A stretch of 62,523 nt of DNA, counting the filler, from Sphacelaria rigidula (Eukaryota): assembly GCA_964200075.2 (NCBI GenBank). It is 11 parts of 11 records of this genome, joined end to end, with 100 filler letters (N's around TTAATTAATTAA, not from the genome) between each part and the next. Parts side by side here need not be neighbours in the genome. Positions count along the whole stretch, not along the records: positions 11,387 to 16,979 come from CAXNAA020026022.1; positions 17,080 to 22,672 come from CAXNAA020026023.1; positions 22,773 to 28,365 come from CAXNAA020026024.1; 8 more parts are not named here. One strand, given 5' to 3'. A program made the position numbers and the translations under genes. The notes below the pieces were generated by a model. That model made no database searches, had not been told where the DNA came from, and worked only from the letters and a program-made list of their open reading frames with translations. Of this stretch, positions 13,928-25,244 are shown in pieces (position 1 is the first letter of the stretch; every line of letters starts with the position of its first letter).

Positions 13928-14515
13928 TGGCTTGGCTGCCATCACCACTGCTGTCACTGGTGCTCGCGGGCAATCAGCGTGTTGCTTCATTGTCCTTCGC
14001 TCGCCAGTATCATGGCGGCCCTTTACCCCGTGAGAACAGCACAGAGCAGGGTCGATGACGAGGGCTGTACAAACACTCTGTATGCAGTTTGGACAGACAG
14101 TATTGCAGCTTGCAGTTCAGGTCTGTGCATGGAGCGTGTTGTGAACAACACTCGCAATGCAGTACAGACTGCCCACGCACCCAAGACTTGTAGAGACAGG
14201 ACCGCACTGACTGTACACACAAGACCACAGTATAAGCAATGCTACTGCTGTAGTATCCAAAGGGCTTGGGTGCTTGGGCAATCTGTACTGTATTCGAGTG
14301 CTGTTTGCAACATGCTGCATGCACAGGCCTGAACTGAGCTACAATACTGTGCAAACAACATACATGGTGTTTGTACAGCACTCGTCATCGACCCTGCTCT
14401 GTTCTGTTTTCATGGGGGTAAGGGCCGTCACGCTACTGGCGCGCGAAGGGCAGTAAAGCAACACGCTGACTGCCCGCTAGCACCAGCGGCAGCAGTGATG
14501 GTGGCAGCCAAGCCA
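13928..14515. repeat. Long imperfect inverted repeat (foldback, ~255-bp arms, ~80-nt spacer)
   Basis: 13928-14185 is the reverse complement of 14265-14515 (e.g. ACAGAGCAGGGTCGATGACGAG / CTCGTCATCGACCCTGCTCTGT). Confidence 0.95.
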
Positions 14516-16169
14516 TCACTACAGCCAATGCATACAATACAGTACTGTTGTGTGTACTGTTGACCGTGCTGTCCTTTTAGTCAAGTACTACCATGCAGTG
14601 AAAAAGCACATCCGTCACCTCTACAGCCAGTCAGTACAGCAAGGTGGTGTTCGTATTGATCGTCTCACGTCACGCAGCCTACCATGTATTGCTCAGGCAA
14701 TGTCTTTCAGTAGTACAGACAGTCAGTACGGACCGTACACCACGACACGACAGTAAAGTGCTGCGTCTCTCTCGCGCGCCCCAGAATTTGAAAGTATTCC
14801 TGCACGCCTCATAGAAAATGATGAACACTGCGTTTCCAATTTCGATAGTGCGTCGATCACGTGAGGAGGGTTACTTTGAAACACTATATGGAAAATCGCG
14901 CTGTTGAAAAACGGCTTTTTTGACAACGCGTTTTTTTATACATGAAAAGTAGCCTTGAATGTGATCGAGATGATTATGATGTTATGATGCAGTGCTGCAG
15001 CGATAACTTGGAATGTGAGGTATGGTGGGGAGAGCGCGAAATTTCTGCAATAATACTATACCTGTACCATAGTCATTCAAACTCACTCGTTTTTATTGAA
15101 GCACAATCTTCTAGGATGTTAAAATTCATTGCAATCTTGAAGTTTCACCACTTCATGTAACGTGTTCATGACGTTTCATCGAAGGTTGTAACGTTACATG
15201 TAACTTGTGACGTCTAAGACACGTGTAACGTGTAAAATATGTTACACGTTACGTGAAACGTTTCATATTACGTATCTGAACGTTCGGGCAATTTAACGTT
15301 TACGTTACGTTACGTCTGTCACATAAACGTTACGTTAATGTTTCAGTTGAAAATGTAACGCGACGTTCACGTTACGTTTCGGCCAAAACGTAACGTGAAC
15401 GTCACGTGTAACGCTGTGGCACGTGTAACGTGTAGACCCCTGAATATTTCGGACCGCAGCGCAATACTCCGCAGAGCTGCCCTTGGCGCACGTCGTGGCG
15501 CTCGCAAGCATACAAGAATCGTGAGGAATCTCGCTAGTGACACCCTGGGCTATGTCATCAAGTACAAAGCACCGCGGGGTGGCGGTATCTTTCTCCTTAG
15601 ACGGTGTGTGCCCCGGCAGCGGTGTTGGAGCTGTTGGGGTCAAGCACGGTGGTCGTCGTTCGCAGATATACGTACTTTCGAAGTGAAGAGCAGAAACAAT
15701 CTAGTAGCTACCTACTTGCCTGCAGCGAGCTGCTACGAGTGTACGCTACCTCACCGTCTGAAAAGTGTATAGCTGGTGGTGGTTTAATTAGGTGTATCTG
15801 CGCATACACCTCACAGAAAGCAAGCATGCTGCAATCTATGCACGGGGCTTTCTGCAGTCGGTATTTTACTCATGTGTGCTGCTGCAGCATCCCGAGAGAG
15901 ACGATTGATCACGCCCTAGCCTGCCCGACTGCCCCCCCGTGTCACAGAGAAGTTGTGAGAAAGATGTTTACCACAGTTATGAACGTCATACACGGGCAGG
16001 TAGCATAACCCTGTACTTTATTTTGCCGGAGAAGGCGAGTCAACAACGAGATCAGCACCATCTGTACTGAGATATCTAACAGCAAGAGTAGATCAAGATA
16101 ACAATGAGCCTTGAGCGATTGCCAAAATTTCAGACCTTCTCCCATTTTTGTTTGTTTGTCGACAATATC

Positions 16170-16728
16170 CAGGGCTATACACGTCACACGTTCACGTTAC
16201 GTTCACCACGTGAAACAAATTCAACGTTCACGGTAGGTGACGTGCGTCGCGTAAAAAAAAAACATTACGATAACGTTACATTTGAAAACTTAAGGTTACG
16301 TTCACGTTAGGTTCATTACGTGAAAAAAATAACATTACGTTAACGGTACATTTGAAAAATTAACGTTACGTTTATGTTACGTTCATCACGTAAAAAAAAT
16401 TAACGTTCACGTTACGTCTCGTCCAAAGCGTTACGTGAACGTAACGTGTAACGCTATGGCACGTGAAACGTGTGAAGCCCTGGCTGTACATGTACACGTT
16501 CACCTTCACGTTACGTTCATCACGAAAAACAAACTTATCGTTCACGTTACGTGACGTGTGTCGCTTAAAAAAAATACAACGTTACGTTAACGCTACATTT
16601 GAAATTTTACCGTTACGTTTACGTTACGTTCATCACGTGAAAAAAATAGCATTCACGTTACGTTTCGGCCAAAGCGTAACGTGAACGCAATGTGTAACAC
16701 TGTGGCACGTGAAACGTGTGTAGCCCTG
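16170..16728. mobile_element. Tandem dimer of short ACGT-rich hAT-like MITE (same family as 13170-15442)
   Basis: Starts CAGGGCTATACACG; right ends ...GTGTGAAGCCCTG (16482) and ...GTGTGTAGCCCTG (16728); flanks ACAATATC/ATAATAAC (6/8). Confidence 0.8.
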
Positions 16729-17520
16729 ATAATAACGGTCCTAAGAATCTGCAACAATGCACTGCACCTCACAATTAGAAGAAACTGCCTCCACAACCAC
16801 CATGGGTACATCAGGCCCCCAGGCAAGCTGTCTCCTCTCTTAAACTGACAAACAACATTGATCTCCGCTGGGCCATCCCATGGACAATGACAATCTGTAT
16901 GAAAATCGTACAGCAGTAAACAGCCGATTTTATATTTTGGGGTTCAAACAAAATATGGGGCTGAAGTGGCATATCTGTCNNNNNNNNNNNNNNNNNNNNN
17001 NNNNNNNNNNNNNNNNNNNNNNNTTAATTAATTAANNNNNNNNNNNNNNNNNNNNNNNNNNNNNNNNNNNNNNNNNNNNAGCAACAAATGCCCCAAAATA
17101 CCCCCACCCCTATCGTAGGATGGCTCAGAAGCTGTAACCCTTGTCTTATTCCACACGAAGGACAGGATGGTAGTTCAATAGCAAAACTAGGCTGCAACTT
17201 TTTTCGTGATTTGGTGAGACAACGAAGAAAAAGAAAGGAGGAAAGGGGAGAAACGTGCAAGAAACGAAAAAAAATGAGGAGAAGGAGGTGACTTGCGCCG
17301 CAGATGAATTGCTTGTGGACGAGAAAAAAAAAGGGAAGAGTACTCCGTGAAAAAGGATAAACTCGAGAAAATTGTTATCCATGCTGTATCAAAAGTCCAG
17401 TGCAACACATGCCACATTAGCATGAGTCCGGGAGTGTCCTGCACCCATCGCGAGAAAAATATAAGACGGGCATCGACATGCATACATGACGGTCCTCCTT
17501 TTTCTCGGCGATCTTTCTTT

Positions 17521-17836
17521 CACTTACTTACTTTCCCCTTCCCTTCCTCGGGACGAGTCCGTGGTCTAACAGTCTCGAGGGATCAACCCATCTCTCCCCG
17601 GTGAACACCTTGCACTTTGGTCTCGCGGATTGTGTCATGACCATCAGCACTTCCGCACCGCGTTGACTCTCGTCAAACAAAGTCAGCCAACCCCTTTTTG
17701 TTCTACTCGCGTACTGACGCTTTCGACGGTGGAAAAACCAGATACTTCGAAGAAAAACCCAACGCATGGGAAATCGGACCCATGCTCTCTTCACCCTAGC
17801 GGTGACAGTCGGATCATTACACCATCGGGGCGCGGC
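17521..17836 (-). mobile_element. tRNA-derived SINE
   Basis: Minus-strand head GCCGCGCCCCGATGGTGTAATGATCC...GGTCCGATTTCC (A and B box-like); body shared with the copy at 33801-34058; (AAGT)n tail. Confidence 0.75.
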
Positions 17837-17886
17837 GGCTAAAAATGTAAACACACACACACACACATAACCCCTGCGGTGCCTAC

Positions 17887-18036
17887 CGTATGGTCTCCTT
17901 CACCACGGAGTCCGCCGCAGCCACGGACAGCATTAGATCTGCCTGCCGAGCCTTAAGCTTGGTCCTCAAAGCGTCCACTCCAGGTTGTCCCCAGCTCATA
18001 CCCGCCGCTTCCGAAAACGCAGCCTGCATCACCTCC
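17887..18036 (-). CDS. Candidate internal exon of unidentified host gene (EVMQAAFSEAAGMSWGQPGVDALRTKLKARQADLMLSVAAADSVVKETIR)
   Basis: AG acceptor and GT donor, 150 bp, phase 2-2, open frame, GC-rich relative to flanks. Confidence 0.5.
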
Positions 18037-18234
18037 CTGATATTATTTCAAGTACATTTACTCAGTTTGATTCTATGCTATTCGATTGATAACCGATCTC
18101 AACCGATTTACCGTTCGGTCACATCCATCCAGCCGTGGTCAAAAGATTTACACATACCCAAGGTGAAAAAAGTAGCGAGCAAAGCCACTGGCGAAGACCG
18201 TTTCTAACAGTTAAAGCATTCTTTATTGGATGTG

Positions 18235-18520
18235 GAGCTGGTGGCGGTTACTGCGATTTGAAGCATCTTGAGATTGGGTGAAAATTTGAGTTGGGAATTC
18301 GTATCTTGAACATCTAGAACAATTTGATGGCCGCTGATCCGTCGAGGAGACTTTCCGCCCTTAGCGCCAGCCTCATGACTTTCAACGAAAATCAGGATAT
18401 ATCACCCTTTTCATTCATCTATGGCGATGAGTATGATGCGATGTATGCGACGATTGGGAAGGTATTACGGAAGGCATTTGCTCATGAGTGAATTTTGGGT
18501 GATCAGCGTGAACCAGCCTT
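18235..18520. repeat. Interspersed repeat shared with 45800-46085
   Basis: TGGCGGTTACTGCGATTTGAAGCAT...GAATTCGT...GAACAATTT...TGTATGCGAC.ATTGGG...GCGTGAACCAGCCT occurs in two different scaffolds. Confidence 0.8.
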
Positions 18521-19408
18521 TGGAGAGACAAAACAAAAGTACACTCGACCCGTATATACTGTGATGCAGTACTTTTGTATTCTTCCAGTTTTCATCATTC
18601 AGATGTTTAAATGAACAAAAAAAAGGTACCGAACAAAGCACAAATTGATTGACGATGTTTTCCCCCCAGTTATTTCGCGCATTATTACCTGTAGACAGGA
18701 GCCGTGACGGACTCCAGGGCCCTCTCTCCTTCGAACTGGCTGACCCCCATAATCCCGCGGAGTCGAGCAAGCCATATCCTGTCAGACTCGATTAGCTTCC
18801 TGTTTGCGTCTAGCAGTCGCTGTAAATGGATTATTAGACACGAAGCCACAAGAGAAAAGCAAAAAAAAAAAGCGTTGACGTTTTTTTCAAGTTCTGGTCG
18901 CTGTTTCAAAGAGTCACTTTCCAGTAGGAAGCGAGAACTAGAGATGAAACCAAAGTTCAAAGCTCAGCTTTATCGTATACATCCTACTCGCGATTCAAAC
19001 GCAACCCAGCCCACCCAACCTTACAAGACCAGTATGCTCAAATATGCGGAGGGCACAGACCCACTCATACACCCATCCAACCTCTAACCATCCGAACCCA
19101 ACCAACCAATCAGCCAACCTAGCCTTGTAAAAGCAGCATGCTCAAAGCGGATGGCACAGACTCCCCCACCCACCGTTCTGGGCACACTAGGATCACTCGG
19201 GACTGTCAGCCCCACTAAAGCTCCGAATCTCGATGTTCCCAATAAAGTCTAGTGTGTTCCAACCATGGATTTGGGGAGCCGAACTGGGGGGTAAACTCTA
19301 CTGGACACCCTGTGGCGCCGATTTGGACAAAAACACATTTCGCGCACGCTATTCAATAGGAGCACTCGGGACTGTCAACCCCACTCAAGATTCGAACCTC
19401 GGTGTTAA

Positions 19409-20125
19409 CCCTTGGACAGCGACCCTCCCGCAGGTGGACTGAGTTGGATCATGCCACATTTGGGCTTCAGAACAGCTCGCTTTCTCGCTGCACATGACGC
19501 ATTTTTCATAAACATGTGGATATTTGGCATCTACATAAAAACAGTCCCGGAGAATCCCCGACAAATCTTTGACCCTGCAGTCAATAGCGTGCAGAGTCAG
19601 CATGAATGTGTGCTGTATGTCGCCGCTGGATGCAACGGCAAGATACAGTAGAAGTGTGCCATCGCTCTCGACTAGACACAATTTACTACATGCTGCTGAT
19701 GCCTCTGCCTAGTGTTCAACAACAACACTACATACAGTGTGAAGCTATGCTGGCAACACAAGAGGCGTCAAACAGGCGGCACAGACCTCGAGCAGAGTAC
19801 AAGACAGATTATTTGTACCAATGTAATCTATGGTTGAATTGTCATGACCAAAATGAGAAATACCAGTAGACAGCGAAGTAGTCCACCTGTAGGGAAGCTA
19901 TGTGCTCATTTTGACGGCTGTGATTGGTCAGAATGGTCATTCCGCACCACTCGGGCCTCGTTCCTGGCTTAGAAACTTCCGCGAAAAACTTCCAAACACA
20001 CATGGTTGACTTGGTGAACTTTTCGGCTGCTCTGCGGACAGACATCACCCCCGCTAGAAACCCCCGAATGTCCTCGGACTGTTAGCCTGTGAAACTGTTT
20101 CGAGGCGACGCTCGCTGTCTCAGGG
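19409..20125 (+). mobile_element. piggyBac-like deletion derivative with transposase C-terminal remnants
   Basis: TTAA at both ends; TIRs CCCTTGGACAGCGA vs CCCTGAGACAGCGA (12/14); internal RFLAAHDAFFINMWIF and Cys-rich fragments (CAVCRR, QCNLWLNC). Confidence 0.75.
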
Positions 20126-21379
20126 TTAAGACGAAGTATCAAGTATGTTGTTGTTGTTGTTTTGGGGGGGGAGGCGAAGTGGGGTAAAACCTATTGTTCA
20201 AAAGATGGCTTCCTCGAGTTTTGTACAGTATCTTAACGACAATCTCTTCCGAGAGCATCTCGGCGGCAAATTGCACCCACAAGCGTTCTTGCACCCCACA
20301 ACGCAGAGCGGCCAGAACCTCGATATCAACCAGCACTTCTCGCCCCCACCTCTCTGCATTGAGAGTACAAGAACTCGTAAAGCGCGAATTCACGATGACA
20401 GCTGGCGAAGATGACTGTGCGATGCTCGTCAGATGTGCCAGCGCTGGTAAGGGCGAGTCTCAAGCGATCCTCAACGGTATACTGTACTCTCTGGACCAGG
20501 TGCGCTACATCACCATGTCCCTCTGGGTGTTTCATGACTATGTGTACTGTATCCGTCGGCGACATGACACTATATCCCTCTGCATGTTTCATGACTATGT
20601 GTACTGTATCCGTGCGCGACATGCATAGCCGTGTGCTGTTGGCATGTCCCAGCGATGTGTGCTGTGTGTCATTGACGTCTGATGAAACTCATGTATACGT
20701 ACTGGATAAAAAAGCATTGTGTCTGTGTCTTAACAGTTTACCATGCATCGGCATTGTTCGGCGTAGCCAACGTAGAAAAAAGTGATGAAACGAAATATGT
20801 CTTGCTTTCAACCGAGAAGAACTGTCTCGCTTTTTTTTTACGCACGTACAGCGAAGAAGAAAAACAACATTGAGATGATGCCTAGCACAGCTGCCCTGTA
20901 CCCTAAACTGGGCACAGACGGCGAGGTATAATTGTGTCTGTCGGTTTTCATCGGGCTTTCCATTTTTGGGTCGCAATGTGCCGACTCTGGTCTCTGTTGC
21001 ACCTTGTTTGGCTTTAGTTGCACGCATAAAACCTTACTATTGTGCTCACTTCTATGCTGTCATCGTCATTGTACTGACTGCAGTGCGTTTGAACCCTACG
21101 AACATGATTTAATCACCGCTGGAGATTACCTGAGATGCTGTACTGCTGCTGGTCCGGTCTGTACAGAGTTGGGTGGAACAAAATGCTGTTGACACAAAGT
21201 TGGAAAAGTCACGTAGTGGTGCAGCCGTCACGTCTTCTTTGGGAGCTGATGTTGTGCAGGTGCACAACTCCTAGGTCGATCCAAGTTCAATATGTATATA
21301 TACAACTCCAACTTTGTGCCATGAAAGTGTTTTTTTATGTCTCCGTTTAAATCGCGGCAGGCAAAAAACCGCGATCAAG

Positions 21380-22280
21380 GTTTAGAGAAATCTTTTCTCG
21401 AACGACTCCCATATGAGTTGGCCTTAGCAGAGCTACAAACTTTGAAGGATCGGACGAATTAACGATTCGTCTGGAAATTACTTGATTTTAGGGTGATTGA
21501 TTCGCACCGTACGATTCAATCCTCAGGCTTTGTTTTCAGTGTTGAAACCCAGGTACGCGCAGCCCAGGCACGTGGAGTGGCGCAAACATTGCGTAGAGAC
21601 CTTTTTGACCAGCGGTCAACTTTTTTCTCTCGTTCGAGCAACCAGGCCTGAAAAATCGTGGATTTGGTGATTCGAACTGGAGATGATTCGTCCAACCCGT
21701 GCAACGTTTGGAGCAGTTCAGCAGATCTGACATGTAACCTACAGTACCCCAAAATGGCAAGGTGCACCTGTTCGTCTCCACGTACTTTCCTTGGCGTCAC
21801 TTTTCCTTAGTCCCGATTTCCCGATTGTGGCCATTTGCGTACGTCATTCTGGCCACTTCTACGAGCTGGTCTAGCCTAGAGTCCCGAAGAAATACCTCAT
21901 CGACACAGACGAGCTGGGCTGTGATCGGCATACCGTATCAATCGACTAATCGAAGGGAATGTGTCCGCCCATCCGCTCCAAAGTCTGGGCAAATTTTCTC
22001 TCGTTGAATGGACGCTATTTGTGGTGATTCCGATACCGTACGGAGATCGCGTCCATACTAAATTCTATAGAATGATGACGATATTGGGTGTGGACATTCC
22101 CTGGAGCGCGGGGAAATTATCGATACCCTCACCTTCACCTAAATCGTTAGCTTTCTCGAGATATGGCACACATAATATTTCAAACTGGACTCAAATTTTT
22201 ACTAGCAGAGGCACTCAATGCGTTGAATCTGGATTTCGTGTCTCAGTTTTTTAGAATTGTGATCTGAATTTTCGCATGGA
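21380..22280. repeat. Fragments of an abundant non-coding repeat family (related pieces at 23545-23700 and 32620-33080; 32810-32930 matches 37855-37980)
   Basis: 21860-21990 aligns with the reverse complement of 23550-23690; GAACGACTCCCATATGAGTTGGCCTTAG resembles 33560-33590. Confidence 0.6.
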
Positions 22281-22405
22281 AAATCACAAGTGCATAATAA
22301 TAATGAAAAACTTGAGATTTTTTTTTTTTCATCGTTTTCGACAGGAATTTTGAGAAGAAATGGACAGTGTTCTCGGACCTCGTCCCAGTTTTTCAGCTCA
22401 AACTT

Positions 22406-22490
22406 TTGATTGATTGATTGATTGATTGTCGCACTTACAACTGGCCACCCATGGGTCCAGCCGTGGTCGCATGATAGACTTACCCTAAAA
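22406..22490 (-). mobile_element. Short 3'-end fragment of RTE-like LINE with (CAAT)n tail
   Basis: (TTGA)5-TTGTCGCACTT...GGGTCCAGCCGTGGTCGCATGATAGAC, as at 29639. Confidence 0.8.
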
Positions 22491-24610
22491 AACTTCTGGA
22501 ACTGTTTTTGGAAAATGGCATGGAGAATCGCACAGGCATGATGAAAACAAAGAAGTGGCCCTTACTTATTATTTATATTTGGGGGGGGGGGGGAGAAAGG
22601 TGAGGGGGTTCTCGGGGGGAAAGGGGTTGTACGATAGGGAAACTTCCCCGGCCGGGGCAAAAACAAAAAAAANNNNNNNNNNNNNNNNNNNNNNNNNNNN
22701 NNNNNNNNNNNNNNNNTTAATTAATTAANNNNNNNNNNNNNNNNNNNNNNNNNNNNNNNNNNNNNNNNNNNNGCCCGATTGGTTTTGAAAAACGTCGATC
22801 CTGAGGTATTTTGAACAACGGCGCGGTCCTCTAAGCACGCGGTCCTCTCACGAATTACAATAGTGCCGTACAGTCTAGTACGCCTCTCCAACTGAAGCAG
22901 TAGCTGCCGCTGCATACTCCCTTGCACGTTCTGGGCAATTCTCAGCTACCGAAATCAGCTGTTTATATACAGCTTTTTTATCCCCGCCCACAACATACAT
23001 GTGGACCGCACACTGCAAGTCATCCGCAGAGAGTTACGCAGAATTCATGACGGTAGCTCCTTTTGTCTTTCTACAGCCCACCTGGATTTTGTGCCTCGTG
23101 AAAATAACCACATGGTGGCATGTCCTCTCCCGGTTTTTTCCGGCCCACCCTATGTTAGTGTAAATTACTACGTTTTATAAGTGTAGAATTGGGACCCAAA
23201 AAACACTCAGAAAAAACTCGGGAACGGTATACGGAGTGCACGTTATACCATAAAACCAAGCCACGACCATCCTGCACTTGGAATCCTGGAGAGGCTTATC
23301 TGGGCCAGGGATAGGGCCCCCACACGATCTTTGCGGTGGCATCACACTCGACAACAATCCCTGCGCTGGTCGTTCGGGTCTGGTCGATCATTTTTGCCTC
23401 GCCGTGATTGGGCAGGTCGCTCGAAGACTCATTTTTTTATTATTTCAGTAACATAGGGTCAACCCTGTGTTAGCGGAGGTCCGGTCCCAAAAGGGTTGAC
23501 CCCATTTTCTACGATCCACTGTTACATGGGGTTTAATCAACTAGAAATATAGGCCCAAACATTTGAGCAGATGAGCACCTTCCTCTTGGTTGGACGATTC
23601 ATACAACATGTGGATCATAGCCCAACTCGTCCGTGTCAACGAAATATTGCTTTGAGAGCTTCCATCCGTGTCTAGGCTGGCCCAGCTCGTACTGTAGCCC
23701 GTAGCGAGGCGTGATATCCTGCGTAGAAGTTGGCCGCGGTACAAGCGGGTGCATTCATGATGTGGCGAACTGCATACGACAACGCGAAATCAATACAGGA
23801 CAGGGGTAGGCTAAGGACGTGGCGTCCTGCGATGTGCTTTGTCACCCTGCACCCTGCCGCCGTGCAGTGAGCAGATAGTGCCGCGGAACGCGCAGCGTTG
23901 GTACGCAGTGTTGGCTCCACGCCCATAAGGTAACTAACCTCGGCATTGAACTAAATAAAACGCATCGAATATAGTTAAACGCGCGGGGCGCGTTATTTTC
24001 GCGAGCAGCACGCGCGCTACCGACAGCGCGTGCTTTATCCGTGTTGCCGACATCGTGCCAGCGCGCCTGTTCACTACAGCGTTGTACTCCCCTGTAGCAG
24101 CTCATCACGGTATTGTTCCTCATGTTTCATCACGCTTTACTCCAAAACGCGCAGAAGAAATGCCAGCGAGTCCATCATTGTCGCACTCGGAGGTGTGGTG
24201 AACCAGTTTTTTTTCGATCCAGTACTGCCGATGCTGCGTGCTGTACCATGTAGTATACCGTACCAGTTCAAAAACGGATACGAATATGCATGATATACAC
24301 GCCACCGACATGCTCTGGTTATCATGAACTGTATACGAAGCACGGGGAGCATAGTTTTTTTCAAGGAATGCAAGGACGCAGCCATACTGCAGTACAGGCA
24401 GTTTTTAGTATTAGCACGAAACACGTGTTTCGAACGAGACACAAGACAAAACATTCACATGATAATACCTGGGCGATTTTGGTACTGAAACGAGTCCACC
24501 AGTCCCTCCACTACCTACCGCAAGGAGGTAGATACCGCGTGTAAATACAAGATAAGTGACGAGTAGACCACGGGTCTGTCGAGAAAAGAATTTCGGACAC
24601 AGAGCCTCCC

Positions 24611-24820
24611 TGTAATGCGTGAGAGGACCGCGTGCTTAGAGGACCGCGCCGTTGTTCAAAATACCTCAAGATCGACGTTTTCCAAAACCAATCGGGTCAG
24701 TTCCTGCAGGTACCACGCCCCTGACCCTAACTCCAACACTAACACTAACCCTAACCCGAACCATAAGGGTGTTCAAATTCCGATGCGGTCCTCTACGCAC
24801 GCGGTCCTCTCACGCATTAC

Positions 24821-24821
<1 letters not shown>
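24611..24821. mobile_element. MITE with ~37-bp TIRs and internal telomere-like (CCCTAA) repeats; partial copies at 22773-22859, 34159-34310, 38728-38760
   Basis: TGTAATGCGTGAGAGGACCGCGTGCTTAGAGGACCGC ... GCGGTCCTCTACGCACGCGGTCCTCTCACGCATTACA; internal CCCTAA/CACTAA units. Confidence 0.85.
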
Positions 24822-24852
<31 letters not shown>

Positions 24853-25134
24853 CGGGTGTGGGCCTCTACATTTTCATTTTATTTTTTTTTTTGTTTTTTT
24901 TTTTTTTTTTTNNNNNNNNNTCACATTCCGTCCCGGGCCCCCCCCCCCCGGGTCCCCCCCCCTTTTTCCCCCCCCCCCCCCCCCCCGGAGGATAGTTTTT
25001 CGAAAAATGTCATGATTTTTTACATTTTGTTTTGTGATTTTTTGGAATTTTTTGTTGAAGTTGTTGGAAGAAATTGATCAACAAACACGGACAAATAGCC
25101 AGAAGTCTGGCGGGCTTTGCGAGGTTCTTATATT

Positions 25135-25244
25135 CACGGGTGGCCACCGGGGTGCCTGCAACGTCAAATTTGGACGTGACAGAGGTTGCACAAGGCCTGT
25201 AACGCACAAATTTGACGTTGCAGGCACCCCAGTGGCCATCCGTG
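25135..25244. repeat. 110-bp hairpin / palindromic MITE
   Basis: CACGGGTGGCCACCGGGGTGCCTGCAACGTCAAATTTG matches the reverse complement of 25207-25244 at 36/38. Confidence 0.9.

Larger units (their letters stand above)
13170..15442. mobile_element. Non-autonomous hAT-like DNA transposon with ACGT-rich subterminal repeats
   Basis: TIR CAGGGGTCTACACGT at both ends (21/22 match); perfect 8-bp TSD AATATTTC (13162-13169 and 15443-15450); dense ACGTT/AACGT arrays at 13180-13480 and 15155-15440. Confidence 0.9.

Noticed and set aside
13180..16728. ACGT/G-box clusters as a promoter or CRISPR repeats
   Set aside because: They are confined within TIR/TSD boundaries and are best explained as transposon subterminal repeats.
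20194..20628. Exon ending ...GILYSLDQ|GT and adjacent ~57-bp duplication
   Set aside because: No clear acceptor, frame or homology; cannot be supported.
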